From: Myxococcota bacterium
GTDB lineage: Bacteria > Myxococcota > XYA12-FULL-58-9 > JALHOP01
NCBI GenBank assembly: GCA_041288095.1
Contig: JBGGMJ010000142.1
Location: 1 to 24,472, forward strand
Length of the DNA: 24,472 nucleotides
Direction of reading: 5' to 3'
Of this stretch, positions 1-8,564 are shown one piece after another; within the stretch, counting starts at the first letter, position 1; each line of letters begins with the position of its first letter. Below the pieces are notes generated by a model. The model was not told the origin of the DNA and did no database searches. It saw nothing but the letters and a program-made list of their open reading frames with translations. Both the position numbers and the translations under genes were made by a program.

Positions 1-1
1 C

Positions 2-1846
2 CCCGAGAAGGCTCTGGCGCGACGCAAATACGTCTTGCGCCGCATGCTCGAGGACGGCGCCATCAACCAGGCACAACACGACCAGGCCGTCGCCGAGGTG
101 CTCGTCACCTATCCGCGCGAGGAGCTCTATCTCGCGGTCGCCCCGTACTACACCGAGCAGGTTCGCCGCGACATCATCGAGCGCTATGGCGAGCGCGAGG
201 TCCTCGAGGAAGGTCTCGAGGTGTACACGGCGGTGAGCCTCGAGCTGCAGGCCAGCGGACAGAACGCGCTCGACCACGGCTTGCGCGATCTCGACAAGCG
301 CCAAGGCTTCCGCGGCCCGCTCGGCAACATCGAGAAGGGCAAACGCGATCTCTTCAAGAGCAAGTACCGCGCGTACTTGAGTCTGAAGGACAACGCGAAG
401 CTGCAAATCAAAGAGGCCAAGACGTACGTCGGCCTCGTCACCAAGGTCGAGACGCATTTCGCGACGCTCGACGTCGCTGGCACTCCCGTCTACATGCCGC
501 TCGCCGCGGTACGGTGGGCGCGCAAACCCAATCCGCTAACGCGGATGGATAGCTACCTCGTCACCGACGTGAAGAACGTCGTCCAGGTCGGCGACATCGT
601 TCAGGTGCGGCTCACGAACCGCGAGTGGCTCTCGGAGTGGAAATACGGGAGCGACGTGAACGATTCGGTGCCTTCGGATGCGCCGATCGTCCGCCTGGAG
701 CAGGAGCCGCTCGCACAAGGCGCGTTGTTCTCGACCGAGCCGCGCTCGGGTTACGTGCTCTCACAGATCGGCGGCTACAACTTCGTCGACTCGAGCTACA
801 ACCGCGCGGTGCAGGCCTGCCGCGAGCCGGGTAGCGCCTTCAAGCCCATCGTCTACTCGGCGGCCATCGACAAGCTCGACATGGGGCCGGGCACGATGAT
901 CGACGACAAGCCGATCGTCTTCGACGATGTCGACGCCGGCACGCGCTGGAAGCCCGACAACTTCGAGGAAGATTTCCGCGGTCAGATTCTCCTGCGCGCG
1001 GCGCTGCGTGACTCGATCAACTCGGTCGCGGTGCGGCTCGCCGACATGGTCGGCATCCACGACGTCAACAGGAACGCGCGGCGCCTCGGCATCACGACGC
1101 CTTTGAAGGCCGAGCTCGGCACCGCTCTCGGATCGTCGTGCACCACGCTTTACGATCTCATGAACGTGTACATCGCGTTCAACCAGCTCGGTGAGCGACG
1201 CGACATGACCTTCGTGCGCCGCGTCGTCGATCGCTACGGCAATGTCCTCGAGGATCACACCGTGGCGTGGGACCCGACGCTCGATCTGAGCTCACGTCTT
1301 TCCCGTGCTTACAGCCGCATCGTCACGCCGCCGCGCATGGCGCTCGATCGCCAGACGGCCTTCCTCATCACCAACATGCTCAAGGGCGTCGTCGAGGGCG
1401 GCACCGGCGCCGCCGCATCGCGGCTCGGCGTTCCGACGGCGGGCAAGACCGGCACGACCAACGACTCCTACGACGCCTGGTTCATGGCCTTCACCAAGAA
1501 CTTCGTCACCGGTGTTTGGGTCGGTCACGACAAGAAGGAGCGCCCACTCGGCCCGAACGAGCAGGGTGGCCGCACCGCCTTGCCTATCTGGCTCGAGTTC
1601 ATGACGCATGCGCTGACCGACTATACGACCGACCCGCCGAGCAAGAAGCCCTCGGGTCCGTTCAACATGCCCTCGGGCATCGTGCAGGTGTCGATCGATC
1701 CCGAAAGCGGCATGCGTGCCCGCCCCGGCGGACGCGCCTATTCGGAGTACTTCCGCTCGGGCAGCGAGCCCAGCGAGGTCGCCCCGGACAAGAACGTCGT
1801 CAACGCCGGCCAAGACAGCATTTTCTCCGCCGACACTCCGTTATAA
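2..1846 (+). CDS. mrcA: Class A penicillin-binding protein 1A family (end of transglycosylase domain, OB-like insert, transpeptidase domain); 5'-truncated by window edge
   Basis: Frame is open from position 2 (PEKALARRKYVLRRMLEDG, typical end of the transglycosylase domain). Transpeptidase motifs SxxK (PGSAFKP), SxN (DSINS) and KTG (GKTGTTND) are present, plus DAWFMAF. Confidence 0.92.
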   Translation, partial: PEKALARRKYVLRRMLEDGAINQAQHDQAVAEVLVTYPREELYLAVAPYYTEQVRRDIIERYGEREVLEEGLEVYTAVSLELQASGQNALDHGLRDLDKRQGFRGPLGNIEKGKRDLFKSKYRAYLSLKDNAKLQIKEAKTYVGLVTKVETHFATLDVAGTPVYMPLAAVRWARKPNPLTRMDSYLVTDVKNVVQVGDIVQVRLTNREWLSEWKYGSDVNDSVPSDAPIVRLEQEPLAQGALFSTEPRSGYVLSQIGGYNFVDSSYNRAVQACREPGSAFKPIVYSAAIDKLDMGPGTMIDDKPIVFDDVDAGTRWKPDNFEEDFRGQILLRAALRDSINSVAVRLADMVGIHDVNRNARRLGITTPLKAELGTALGSSCTTLYDLMNVYIAFNQLGERRDMTFVRRVVDRYGNVLEDHTVAWDPTLDLSSRLSRAYSRIVTPPRMALDRQTAFLITNMLKGVVEGGTGAAASRLGVPTAGKTGTTNDSYDAWFMAFTKNFVTGVWVGHDKKERPLGPNEQGGRTALPIWLEFMTHALTDYTTDPPSKKPSGPFNMPSGIVQVSIDPESGMRARPGGRAYSEYFRSGSEPSEVAPDKNVVNAGQDSIFSADTPL

Positions 1847-1890
1847 CGTGCGTGGCACCGACCCCAACTCACGGCTACATTAGTGACGGC

Positions 1891-2844
1891 GTGAGCACGA
1901 CGGTCCTCATCATCGACGATTCCGAAACGGTACGGCAACGTGTGCAGCAGGTGCTGCTCGACGGCCATGTGGCCACGACTGTCCTCTTCGCCAAGGACGG
2001 CCTCGAGGGCTTCAAGATGCTCTTGAACAACCGGATCGACCTCGTGCTCTGCGACGTCGTCATGCCCGGTATCGACGGCTTCAAGTTTTTGTCGTTGAAG
2101 AAGGCTCGCAGTGAGCTCCTGGAGGTCCCGGTGATCATGCTCGCCGGCACCGCCGGTGACGTGCACGCCAAGGTCAAAGGTCTCGAGTCGGGCGCATCTG
2201 ACTACCTCACGAAGCCGTTCGACGACGAAGAGCTGGTGGCGCGCGTCAAGGTGCACCTCAAGATCAAGGGGCTTCAAGACGAGCTGCGCGAGAAGAATCA
2301 GCGCCTCGAAGAGCTCTCGAACACCGATGGGCTAACCCGCGTCGTCAATCGTCGCCACTTGATGGAGCTGCTCGACCTCGAGTTCACCCGCGCGCGGCGC
2401 TACAACAACAGCTTGTCGTTCGTCATGGTCGATATCGATCACTTCAAGGCGATCAACGATCGTTATGGCCACCAGGTTGGCGATGAAGCCCTCACGGCGG
2501 TGGCGAGCGTGCTGCGTCAAGACTTACGGCGCAATGACGTCATTGGCCGCTATGGCGGAGAAGAGTTCTCGCTCCTCCTCCCCGAGACCATCGGAGACGG
2601 TGCGCGTGTCGTCGCCGAGCGCTACCGCAAACGCATCGAGGAGTATCAGCTCCAGACCAACGGCGAGCTCATCAAGCTGACGGCGAGCTTCGGTGTCGCC
2701 GAGCTCGCGCCGGGTCTGTCTGACATCGACGCGCTGGTGCGCCGTGCCGACGCCGCCATGTACCAGGCCAAGCACGAAGGCCGTAATCGCGTGGTGATTG
2801 CCGCCACGGACGGCTCGACGGAGCGCGACGTCGTTGGTGGCTGA
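1891..2844 (+). CDS. Response-regulator diguanylate cyclase (REC-coiled coil-GGDEF, WspR/PleD-like)
   Basis: REC domain (VLIIDD, DLVLCDVVMPGIDG, DYLTKPF), then TDGLT, DIDHFKAINDRYGHQVGD, active site RYGGEEF and intact RxxD I-site (RRND). Start chosen at GTG 1891; the ORF-track start at 1267 overlaps PBP1A. Confidence 0.93.
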   Translation: MSTTVLIIDDSETVRQRVQQVLLDGHVATTVLFAKDGLEGFKMLLNNRIDLVLCDVVMPGIDGFKFLSLKKARSELLEVPVIMLAGTAGDVHAKVKGLESGASDYLTKPFDDEELVARVKVHLKIKGLQDELREKNQRLEELSNTDGLTRVVNRRHLMELLDLEFTRARRYNNSLSFVMVDIDHFKAINDRYGHQVGDEALTAVASVLRQDLRRNDVIGRYGGEEFSLLLPETIGDGARVVAERYRKRIEEYQLQTNGELIKLTASFGVAELAPGLSDIDALVRRADAAMYQAKHEGRNRVVIAATDGSTERDVVGG

Positions 2845-3656
2845 TGGCCCGCTCGTTCTATCCACGACGTATCGTTTGTCTGACCGAAGAGACCACCGAG
2901 ACGCTCTATCTGCTCGGTGAGGAAGAACGAATCGTCGGCATCTCCGGCTTCACCGTGCGGCCGCCGCGGGCGCGGAAGGAAAAGCCCAAGGTCAGTGTTT
3001 TTCTCGAGGCCGACATTCCAGCGATCGAAGAGCTCGCTCCCGATCTGGTGATCGCGTTTTCGGACCTCCAGGCCGACATCGCGCGAGCTTTGATTCAGAA
3101 GGGCATCGAGGTGCTGACGTTGAACCACCGCAGCATCGACGAGATCCTGCGCATGGTGGTGATGGTCGGCAGCATCGTCGGCAAGCAGCTCGCCGCCGAG
3201 GAGCTCGCGGGCTCGCTAGCAGCGCGGGTCGACGCGGCGCGCGAGCGGGCAAAGAGTCTGCCGTTGCGGCCGCGCGTCTTCTTCGAGGAGTGGCCGGACC
3301 CTCTCATCTCGGGCATTCGCTGGGTGAGCGAGCTCATCGAGGCCGCCGGGGGCGAGGATCTCTTCGCGGAGCTTCGTGCAGGTAAGCTCGCCAAGGATCG
3401 CATCGTCACGCCGGCCGAAGTGGTGCGGCGCGATCCGCAGCTCATCCTCGGCTCCTGGTGCGGCAAGAAGATGAAGAAAGAGGTCGTGCTCGCCCGCGAG
3501 GGTTTTTCGGGCACCACCGCGGTTCGTCACGATCTGGTGCACGAGATCAAAAGCCCAATCATTTTGCAGCCTGGGCCAGCCGCCTTGACCGACGGCCTCG
3601 ACGCGCTCGAGAAACACATCGGCTCTGCCGCGCGGGTGCTCAGCGGCGAGTCTTGA
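2844..3656 (+). CDS. BtuF/TroA-like cobalamin or Fe-siderophore substrate-binding family protein, no signal peptide
   Basis: PRRIVCLTEETTETLYLLG, PDLVIAFSDLQ, PRVFFEEWPDPLISG, ILQPGP motifs. Start overlaps the upstream stop (TGATG). Confidence 0.85.
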   Translation: MARSFYPRRIVCLTEETTETLYLLGEEERIVGISGFTVRPPRARKEKPKVSVFLEADIPAIEELAPDLVIAFSDLQADIARALIQKGIEVLTLNHRSIDEILRMVVMVGSIVGKQLAAEELAGSLAARVDAARERAKSLPLRPRVFFEEWPDPLISGIRWVSELIEAAGGEDLFAELRAGKLAKDRIVTPAEVVRRDPQLILGSWCGKKMKKEVVLAREGFSGTTAVRHDLVHEIKSPIILQPGPAALTDGLDALEKHIGSAARVLSGES

Positions 3657-3688
3657 CAGTGTCTAGACCGGGGTCGAAGGTTACTCAC

Positions 3689-4999
3689 ATGGCAAAGCCG
3701 GGCTTCAATCATGTCGGGCCGCGCGGACGTGCGGCGATCGTTCACGGCATCCGCACCCCGTTCGTGAAGTCGGGGACCGTGTTCAAACATCTCTCGGCGC
3801 TCGAGCTGGGTAAAGCCGCGGTCGCCGAGCTGGTGCAGCGGGCCGCCATCGATCCCGTGCACATCGACCGCCTGGTCTTCGGCGCGGTCATTCCCGATCC
3901 CCAAGCTCCGAACATCGCGCGCGAAATCGTCCTCGCGGCCGGCTTACCGCGCGGCATCGACGCCTATTCGGTGTCGCGTGCCTGCGCCACGAGCACGCAA
4001 GCCTTGGTCGAGGCCGCGCAGGGGATCATCGCGGGTGACATCGACGTCGCGGTGGTTGGCGGCGCCGAGTCCTTGTCGCGCGTGCCGATCACCGTGAGCG
4101 ACAACCTCGCGGACGCCCTGATGGCGGCAAACTCCGCCAAGGATGCACTCGGCAAGGCGAAGCCCTTCCTCGAGCTCGGTGCCCGTGACCTGTTGCCGAA
4201 GGCGCCCGCCATCAAGGAAGTGTCGACTGGCATGTCGATGGGCGACTCCGCCGAGAAGATGGCCAAGGAGAACCGCATCACCCGCGCCGCTCAGGACGCT
4301 TTTGCGTACAACTCGCACAAGAAAGCGGCCGCCGCTTGGGAGAAGGGCATCTACGACGCCGAGGTCATGCACATGCTGCTTGGCCGCGATTACGGACAAG
4401 CCGTGGTGAAAGACGGCATCGTCCGACCCGATAGCTCGCTCGAGAAGCTCGCGAGCTTGCCACCGGTATTCGACCGCAACTACGGTAGCGTCACCGCGGG
4501 CTCGAGCTCACCACTCACCGACGGCGCCGCGGCTCTCCTGGTGATGAGCGAAGAGCGCGCCCAGGAGCTCGGTCTCGTGCCGCTCGCGTTCGTACGCTCG
4601 TGGGCGTTCACCGCGCTCGACCCGTCGTGGCAGCTCTTGCAAGGCCCGGTCTTCGCCGCGCCCAAGGCGTTGGAGCGGGCAGGGCTCACACTCGAGGATC
4701 TTACCTTGGTCGACATGCACGAAGCGTTCGCGGCGCAGGTGCTGTCGAATCTCTATGGCTTCGAATCGAAGGAATTCAACGACCGCTATCGCGGAGGAGC
4801 GAAGCCGCTTGGCAAGGTGCCCGAGGACAAGCTGAATATTCATGGCGGCTCGGTGAGCCTGGGCCACCCGTTCGGCGCCACCGGCGCCCGTCAAGCTCTG
4901 ACGATGTCGCGCGAGCTGTCGCGTCGCGGGGAGGGCTTCGCCCTCATCACACAATGTGCCGCGGGTGGTTTGGGCGCGGCCCTGGTCTTGGAACGGTGA
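3689..4999 (+). CDS. fadI: Acetyl-CoA C-acyltransferase (3-ketoacyl-CoA thiolase) FadI
   Basis: GIRTPF, PNIAREIVL, catalytic Cys in SRACATS, DMHEAFAAQ, GHPFGATG, second Cys in CAAGGLG. Directly upstream of fadJ. Confidence 0.93.
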   Translation: MAKPGFNHVGPRGRAAIVHGIRTPFVKSGTVFKHLSALELGKAAVAELVQRAAIDPVHIDRLVFGAVIPDPQAPNIAREIVLAAGLPRGIDAYSVSRACATSTQALVEAAQGIIAGDIDVAVVGGAESLSRVPITVSDNLADALMAANSAKDALGKAKPFLELGARDLLPKAPAIKEVSTGMSMGDSAEKMAKENRITRAAQDAFAYNSHKKAAAAWEKGIYDAEVMHMLLGRDYGQAVVKDGIVRPDSSLEKLASLPPVFDRNYGSVTAGSSSPLTDGAAALLVMSEERAQELGLVPLAFVRSWAFTALDPSWQLLQGPVFAAPKALERAGLTLEDLTLVDMHEAFAAQVLSNLYGFESKEFNDRYRGGAKPLGKVPEDKLNIHGGSVSLGHPFGATGARQALTMSRELSRRGEGFALITQCAAGGLGAALVLER

Positions 5000-5005
5000 A
5001 AATGC

Positions 5006-5041
5006 ATTTCGCTTCGCTAGTTGGCCGCCACTTGAGGCGGC
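5006..5041. repeat. 36-bp REP-like dispersed palindromic repeat, copy 1 (fadI-fadJ spacer)
   Basis: ATTTCGCTTCGCTAGTTGGCCGCCACTTGAGGCGGC is 35/36 identical to the reverse complement of 19174-19209 and contains the hairpin GCCGCC-ACTTGA-GGCGGC. Confidence 0.85.
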
Positions 5042-5045
5042 CCCG

Positions 5046-7265
5046 ATGAGCAACATGTTCGCGCATCTCAACCTGTCGCATTTCAGAGTCAGCGTCGAAG
5101 AGGGCATCGCTCTCGTCACCTTCGACCGAGACGGTGACAAGGTGAACTCCCTAGGCACGCCGATCATCCGCGAGATGGAGGCGGTGGTCGACGTCATCGA
5201 GCGCGAGGCGAGCATCGTCGCCGCCATCATCGTGTCCGGCAAAGAGGACACGTTCATCGCCGGCGCCGACGTTACCGAGCTCGCGGCCTATACCACCGCG
5301 GCGCAGGCGCAAGAGCTGTCGACGCGCGCTCACAAAGGGTTCGCGCGGCTCGAGGCGCTCGGCCGCGAGAAGCCGATCATCGCGGCGATTCACGGCGCTG
5401 CCCTCGGCGGCGGTCTCGAGCTGGCGCTCGCTTGCTCGGGACGCGTTGCATCGGACGCCGATGTCACCAAGCTCGGTCTGCCCGAGGTGAAGCTCGGTCT
5501 GCTCCCGGGCGCCGGCGGCACCCAGCGGCTGCCACGGCTCGTCGGCCTCACCAACGCCCTCGATCTCATCCTCTCGGGCAAGGACGTGCGCGCGAAGAAG
5601 GCGCTGAAGCTCGGTCTCGTCGACGAGGTGGTGCCGCGGCCGGTCCTGCTCGAGGCGGCCAAGCGGGCTGTAAACAAGGCCCTGCAAGGTAAGCCCTTGC
5701 GACCCGCGCGCGGGTTCACGCGCCTGCGCTCACCGCTCGCCAAGGTGCTCCGCGACATCGCGGACCCCGAGTTCCTCCAGGAAGTCGCGCTCGAGGAGAA
5801 CCCGGTCGGCCAGCGCCTGCTCTTCAAGAAAGCCAAGGAACGTCTGCTGGAGCGGACACACGGCCTGTATCCGGCACCCGAGGCGGCGCTCGACGCCATG
5901 CGGACGGGCATTCTCGAAGGCAGCGAGGCGGGCTACGCCGCGGAGGCCGAGCACTTCGGCAAGCTCGTCGTCAGTCCGGAAGCGCGCGCCTTGATCTCCA
6001 TCTTCTTCGCGCAACAGGCGACGAAGAAGGACACCGGCACCACCGCCAAGGTGGAGCCACGCGAGGTCAAGAAGCTCGGCGTGCTGGGCGGCGGCCTCAT
6101 GGGCGGAGGCATCGCCTACGTCTCCGCCACGAAGCTGCACATCCCGGTGCGCATCAACGAGGTCGACGACGCCGCCATTGGCCGAGGCCTCGCGCACGTC
6201 CGCCAGCTCATCGACAAGGACGTCGAGCGCCGCCGCACCACCCGCTTCGAAGCCGAGCGCATCCTGAGCCGGGTCACCGGCACCTCGAGCTACGACGGGT
6301 TCGCCAACGCCGACCTGGTCGTCGAAGCGGTCTTCGAGGATCTGGAGCTGAAGCGGCGTGTCCTGCTCGATGTCGAGAAGCGCGTGCCGCCGACCTGCGT
6401 CTTTGCATCGAACACGTCGTCCATTCCCATCGCAAGCATCGCGGAGGTCTCGAGCCGTCCCGAGGCCGTGCTCGGCATGCACTACTTCTCGCCGGTCGAG
6501 AAGATGCCGCTCCTCGAGGTGGTGACGACCGCCAAGACCGCGGATTGGGCGGTCGCGACAGCGGTCAAGGTCGGTAAGGCGCAGGGCAAGACGGTGATCG
6601 TGGTCCGCGATGGACCGGGGTTCTACACCTCGCGCATCCTCGCCCCTTACATGAACGAGGCCGCGTGGCTGCTCGTCGAGGGCGCATCCATCGAGGACAT
6701 CGACGCCGCGCTCGTCGAGATGGGCTTCCCCGTCGGACCACTGACCTTGCTGGACGAGGTCGGCATCGACGTCGGCAACAAGGTCGCGCACATCATGGCC
6801 AAGGCTTTCGGCAGCCGCATGAACGCGCCGGAGGCGATGGACAGCCTCATCCGCGACGGCAGGCAGGGTCGCAAAAACGGACGCGGCCTGTACGTCTACG
6901 AGAAGGGCAAGAAGCGCGGCCCCGATGCCAGCGTCTACGACCTCTTGGGCGGCAAGTCGCGGGGGCGCAGCCGCATCCCGCGGGACGAGATCCGCGAGCG
7001 TGTGTCGCTGCAGATGGTGAACGAGGCTGTTCGCTGTCTGGACGACGGCATCTTACGCTCGGCGCGCGACGGCGATATCGGCGCGGTGTTCGGCCTTGGC
7101 TTCCCACCATTCCTTGGAGGCCCGTTCCGTCATGTCGACCGCCAAGGGGCGCGGGCCGTGCTCGAACGGTTGAAGCACTACACCGCCTCGTTTGGTGAAC
7201 GCTTCCGGCCCGCCGAGGGGCTCGAGCGCCACGCCGCGGCAGGCACGACGTTCCATCCGATGTGA
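5046..7265 (+). CDS. fadJ: Fatty acid oxidation complex alpha subunit FadJ (enoyl-CoA hydratase / 3-hydroxyacyl-CoA dehydrogenase)
   Basis: Hydratase motifs FIAGAD, GGGLELALAC, LGLPEVKLGLLPGAGGTQRLPR. Dehydrogenase motifs GGGLMGGGIA, EAVFED, ASNTS, GMHYFSPVEKMPLLE, GFPPFLGGPF. Start set at ATG 5046. Confidence 0.94.
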   Translation: MSNMFAHLNLSHFRVSVEEGIALVTFDRDGDKVNSLGTPIIREMEAVVDVIEREASIVAAIIVSGKEDTFIAGADVTELAAYTTAAQAQELSTRAHKGFARLEALGREKPIIAAIHGAALGGGLELALACSGRVASDADVTKLGLPEVKLGLLPGAGGTQRLPRLVGLTNALDLILSGKDVRAKKALKLGLVDEVVPRPVLLEAAKRAVNKALQGKPLRPARGFTRLRSPLAKVLRDIADPEFLQEVALEENPVGQRLLFKKAKERLLERTHGLYPAPEAALDAMRTGILEGSEAGYAAEAEHFGKLVVSPEARALISIFFAQQATKKDTGTTAKVEPREVKKLGVLGGGLMGGGIAYVSATKLHIPVRINEVDDAAIGRGLAHVRQLIDKDVERRRTTRFEAERILSRVTGTSSYDGFANADLVVEAVFEDLELKRRVLLDVEKRVPPTCVFASNTSSIPIASIAEVSSRPEAVLGMHYFSPVEKMPLLEVVTTAKTADWAVATAVKVGKAQGKTVIVVRDGPGFYTSRILAPYMNEAAWLLVEGASIEDIDAALVEMGFPVGPLTLLDEVGIDVGNKVAHIMAKAFGSRMNAPEAMDSLIRDGRQGRKNGRGLYVYEKGKKRGPDASVYDLLGGKSRGRSRIPRDEIRERVSLQMVNEAVRCLDDGILRSARDGDIGAVFGLGFPPFLGGPFRHVDRQGARAVLERLKHYTASFGERFRPAEGLERHAAAGTTFHPM

Positions 7266-7373
7266 GCCTGTGTCACTGGGTCACCAGGACGTCGGCGGCA
7301 ACCAGGGCGAGCTATTTGCCGAGTATCGCTGGAGGACCTAGGTTGTGGGGATGTCCTCGGCGGCTGCCAATCG

Positions 7374-8156
7374 ATGAATGACGACCAACAGGCTCGGCGT
7401 GACCTGCGTCGCGACCCCCGGCGGTTGCTGATGTTGCGGGTCGACGTTCGCGAGGGCGGCGACGACCGCGCTCTCGCATCGGCGTGGACCGCCGATGTTT
7501 CGGCCGGTGGTGTATCGCTGCGCGGCGCGAAGTCTCTCGCCCGCGGCCAGATCGTCCGCATGTCGCTGTCGTTCCCCGGTTTGCTTGAGCCCATGGACGT
7601 GCTCGGGGACGTCGTCTGGGCTCAAAGCACGTTGTCGGTCGCTGGTGGAGTAGGCGTTCGCGTCTGGTCGTCGCTCGATCGCGAGCGACTCGCGCACCTG
7701 GCGCAGCTGGCCGGCCGCCCGCAAACCCGGAGAGTCCGGCCGTATCGCGTCGTCATCATGGAGACCGACCCGCTAGCGGCGCTCACCTATCGCATCGCTC
7801 TCGACGAGCTGCACCCCGTGAGCAGCGCTCACCTCGAGCTGACGCTGACCCGCGGCTGGGACGAGACGCGCGAGCAGCTCGAAGCCGCTCCAGCGGACAT
7901 GATCATCCTCGGTCTGCATCCGAAGTATCGTGACAGCAAGGAAGCACTGTCCTTCGTGCGCGGCAACGCCGCCATCGGCAACAAGAGCATCGTGGTCGCG
8001 CTCGCCGGTGGAGACGACCCCGATCTACTGCGGCATGCGAGCTTGGTCGCGGACGCGACCTTCGTGAAGCCGGTTCCGCTCGCCCGTATCGTGGACACCA
8101 TCGGGCATCTGCTGAACCGGCGGGCTGAGAAGCACGCGAACGTCGCGTACATCTGA
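7374..8156 (+). CDS. PilZ domain plus C-terminal receiver-like (probably pseudo-receiver) domain protein
   Basis: RxxxR (RRDPR) and DxSxxG (DVSAGG) PilZ motifs, GDVVW and GVGVR strands. The C-terminal half follows a REC pattern (VVIMETD, DMIILGL, FVKPV). Confidence 0.8.
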   Translation: MNDDQQARRDLRRDPRRLLMLRVDVREGGDDRALASAWTADVSAGGVSLRGAKSLARGQIVRMSLSFPGLLEPMDVLGDVVWAQSTLSVAGGVGVRVWSSLDRERLAHLAQLAGRPQTRRVRPYRVVIMETDPLAALTYRIALDELHPVSSAHLELTLTRGWDETREQLEAAPADMIILGLHPKYRDSKEALSFVRGNAAIGNKSIVVALAGGDDPDLLRHASLVADATFVKPVPLARIVDTIGHLLNRRAEKHANVAYI

Positions 8157-8189
8157 GTTATTCGGGCTTCGAGCCGTTATCGCCCTTTT

Positions 8190-8564
8190 CTACAGCTTCG
8201 CGAAGAACCTCTGCGCCGACATCGAAAGCTCCTCGGCCCTCATCCGCGCCCGTTCCCCTCCAGGCAGCCACGGCCGAACGACGTCGTACAAATCATGCGA
8301 CAAGGGCGCACCTGTCGCGGCAAGGGATACAGCCTCGTCGAGTGTCCTCTTCGCGGTAGCGTCGTCACCGCTTTGATCGGCGCACACCGCGAGCCCCAGG
8401 AGCACCTCTTGGCTACACACACCCAAGCCGCGCAGGTGCGCGAACAGTTGACGGCCACGCGTGAACTCACCGGCGAGCATTGCGTCGAGCGCGCCCTGCA
8501 TCAGCGCGTCCTCGAGCGAGCGTGGCGCCGGTGTGACCTCGTCGTGGTGGCCGAAGTTGCTCAT
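8190..8564 (-). CDS. Small TPR protein resembling SycD/LcrH (class II type III secretion) chaperones
   Basis: 124 aa with TPR-pattern helices ALMQGALDAMLAGEFTRGRQLFAHL and EVLLGLAVCADQSGDDATAKRTLDEAVSL. ATGA overlap with the upstream gene stop at 8561-8564. Confidence 0.65.
   Translation of the reverse strand: MSNFGHHDEVTPAPRSLEDALMQGALDAMLAGEFTRGRQLFAHLRGLGVCSQEVLLGLAVCADQSGDDATAKRTLDEAVSLAATGAPLSHDLYDVVRPWLPGGERARMRAEELSMSAQRFFAKL

Noticed and set aside
1853..1868. TGGCAC upstream of the diguanylate cyclase as a sigma54 promoter
   Set aside because: No TTGC-like -12 element at the required spacing.
1267..1890. N-terminal 208 aa of the 525-aa ORF
   Set aside because: Overlaps PBP1A in another frame and is Arg/His-rich shadow sequence; the REC domain begins at GTG 1891.
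8157..8189. GGCT-TCG-AGCC hairpin between convergent genes as a terminator
   Set aside because: The stem is very short and not directly followed by a U-tract, so it cannot be supported.
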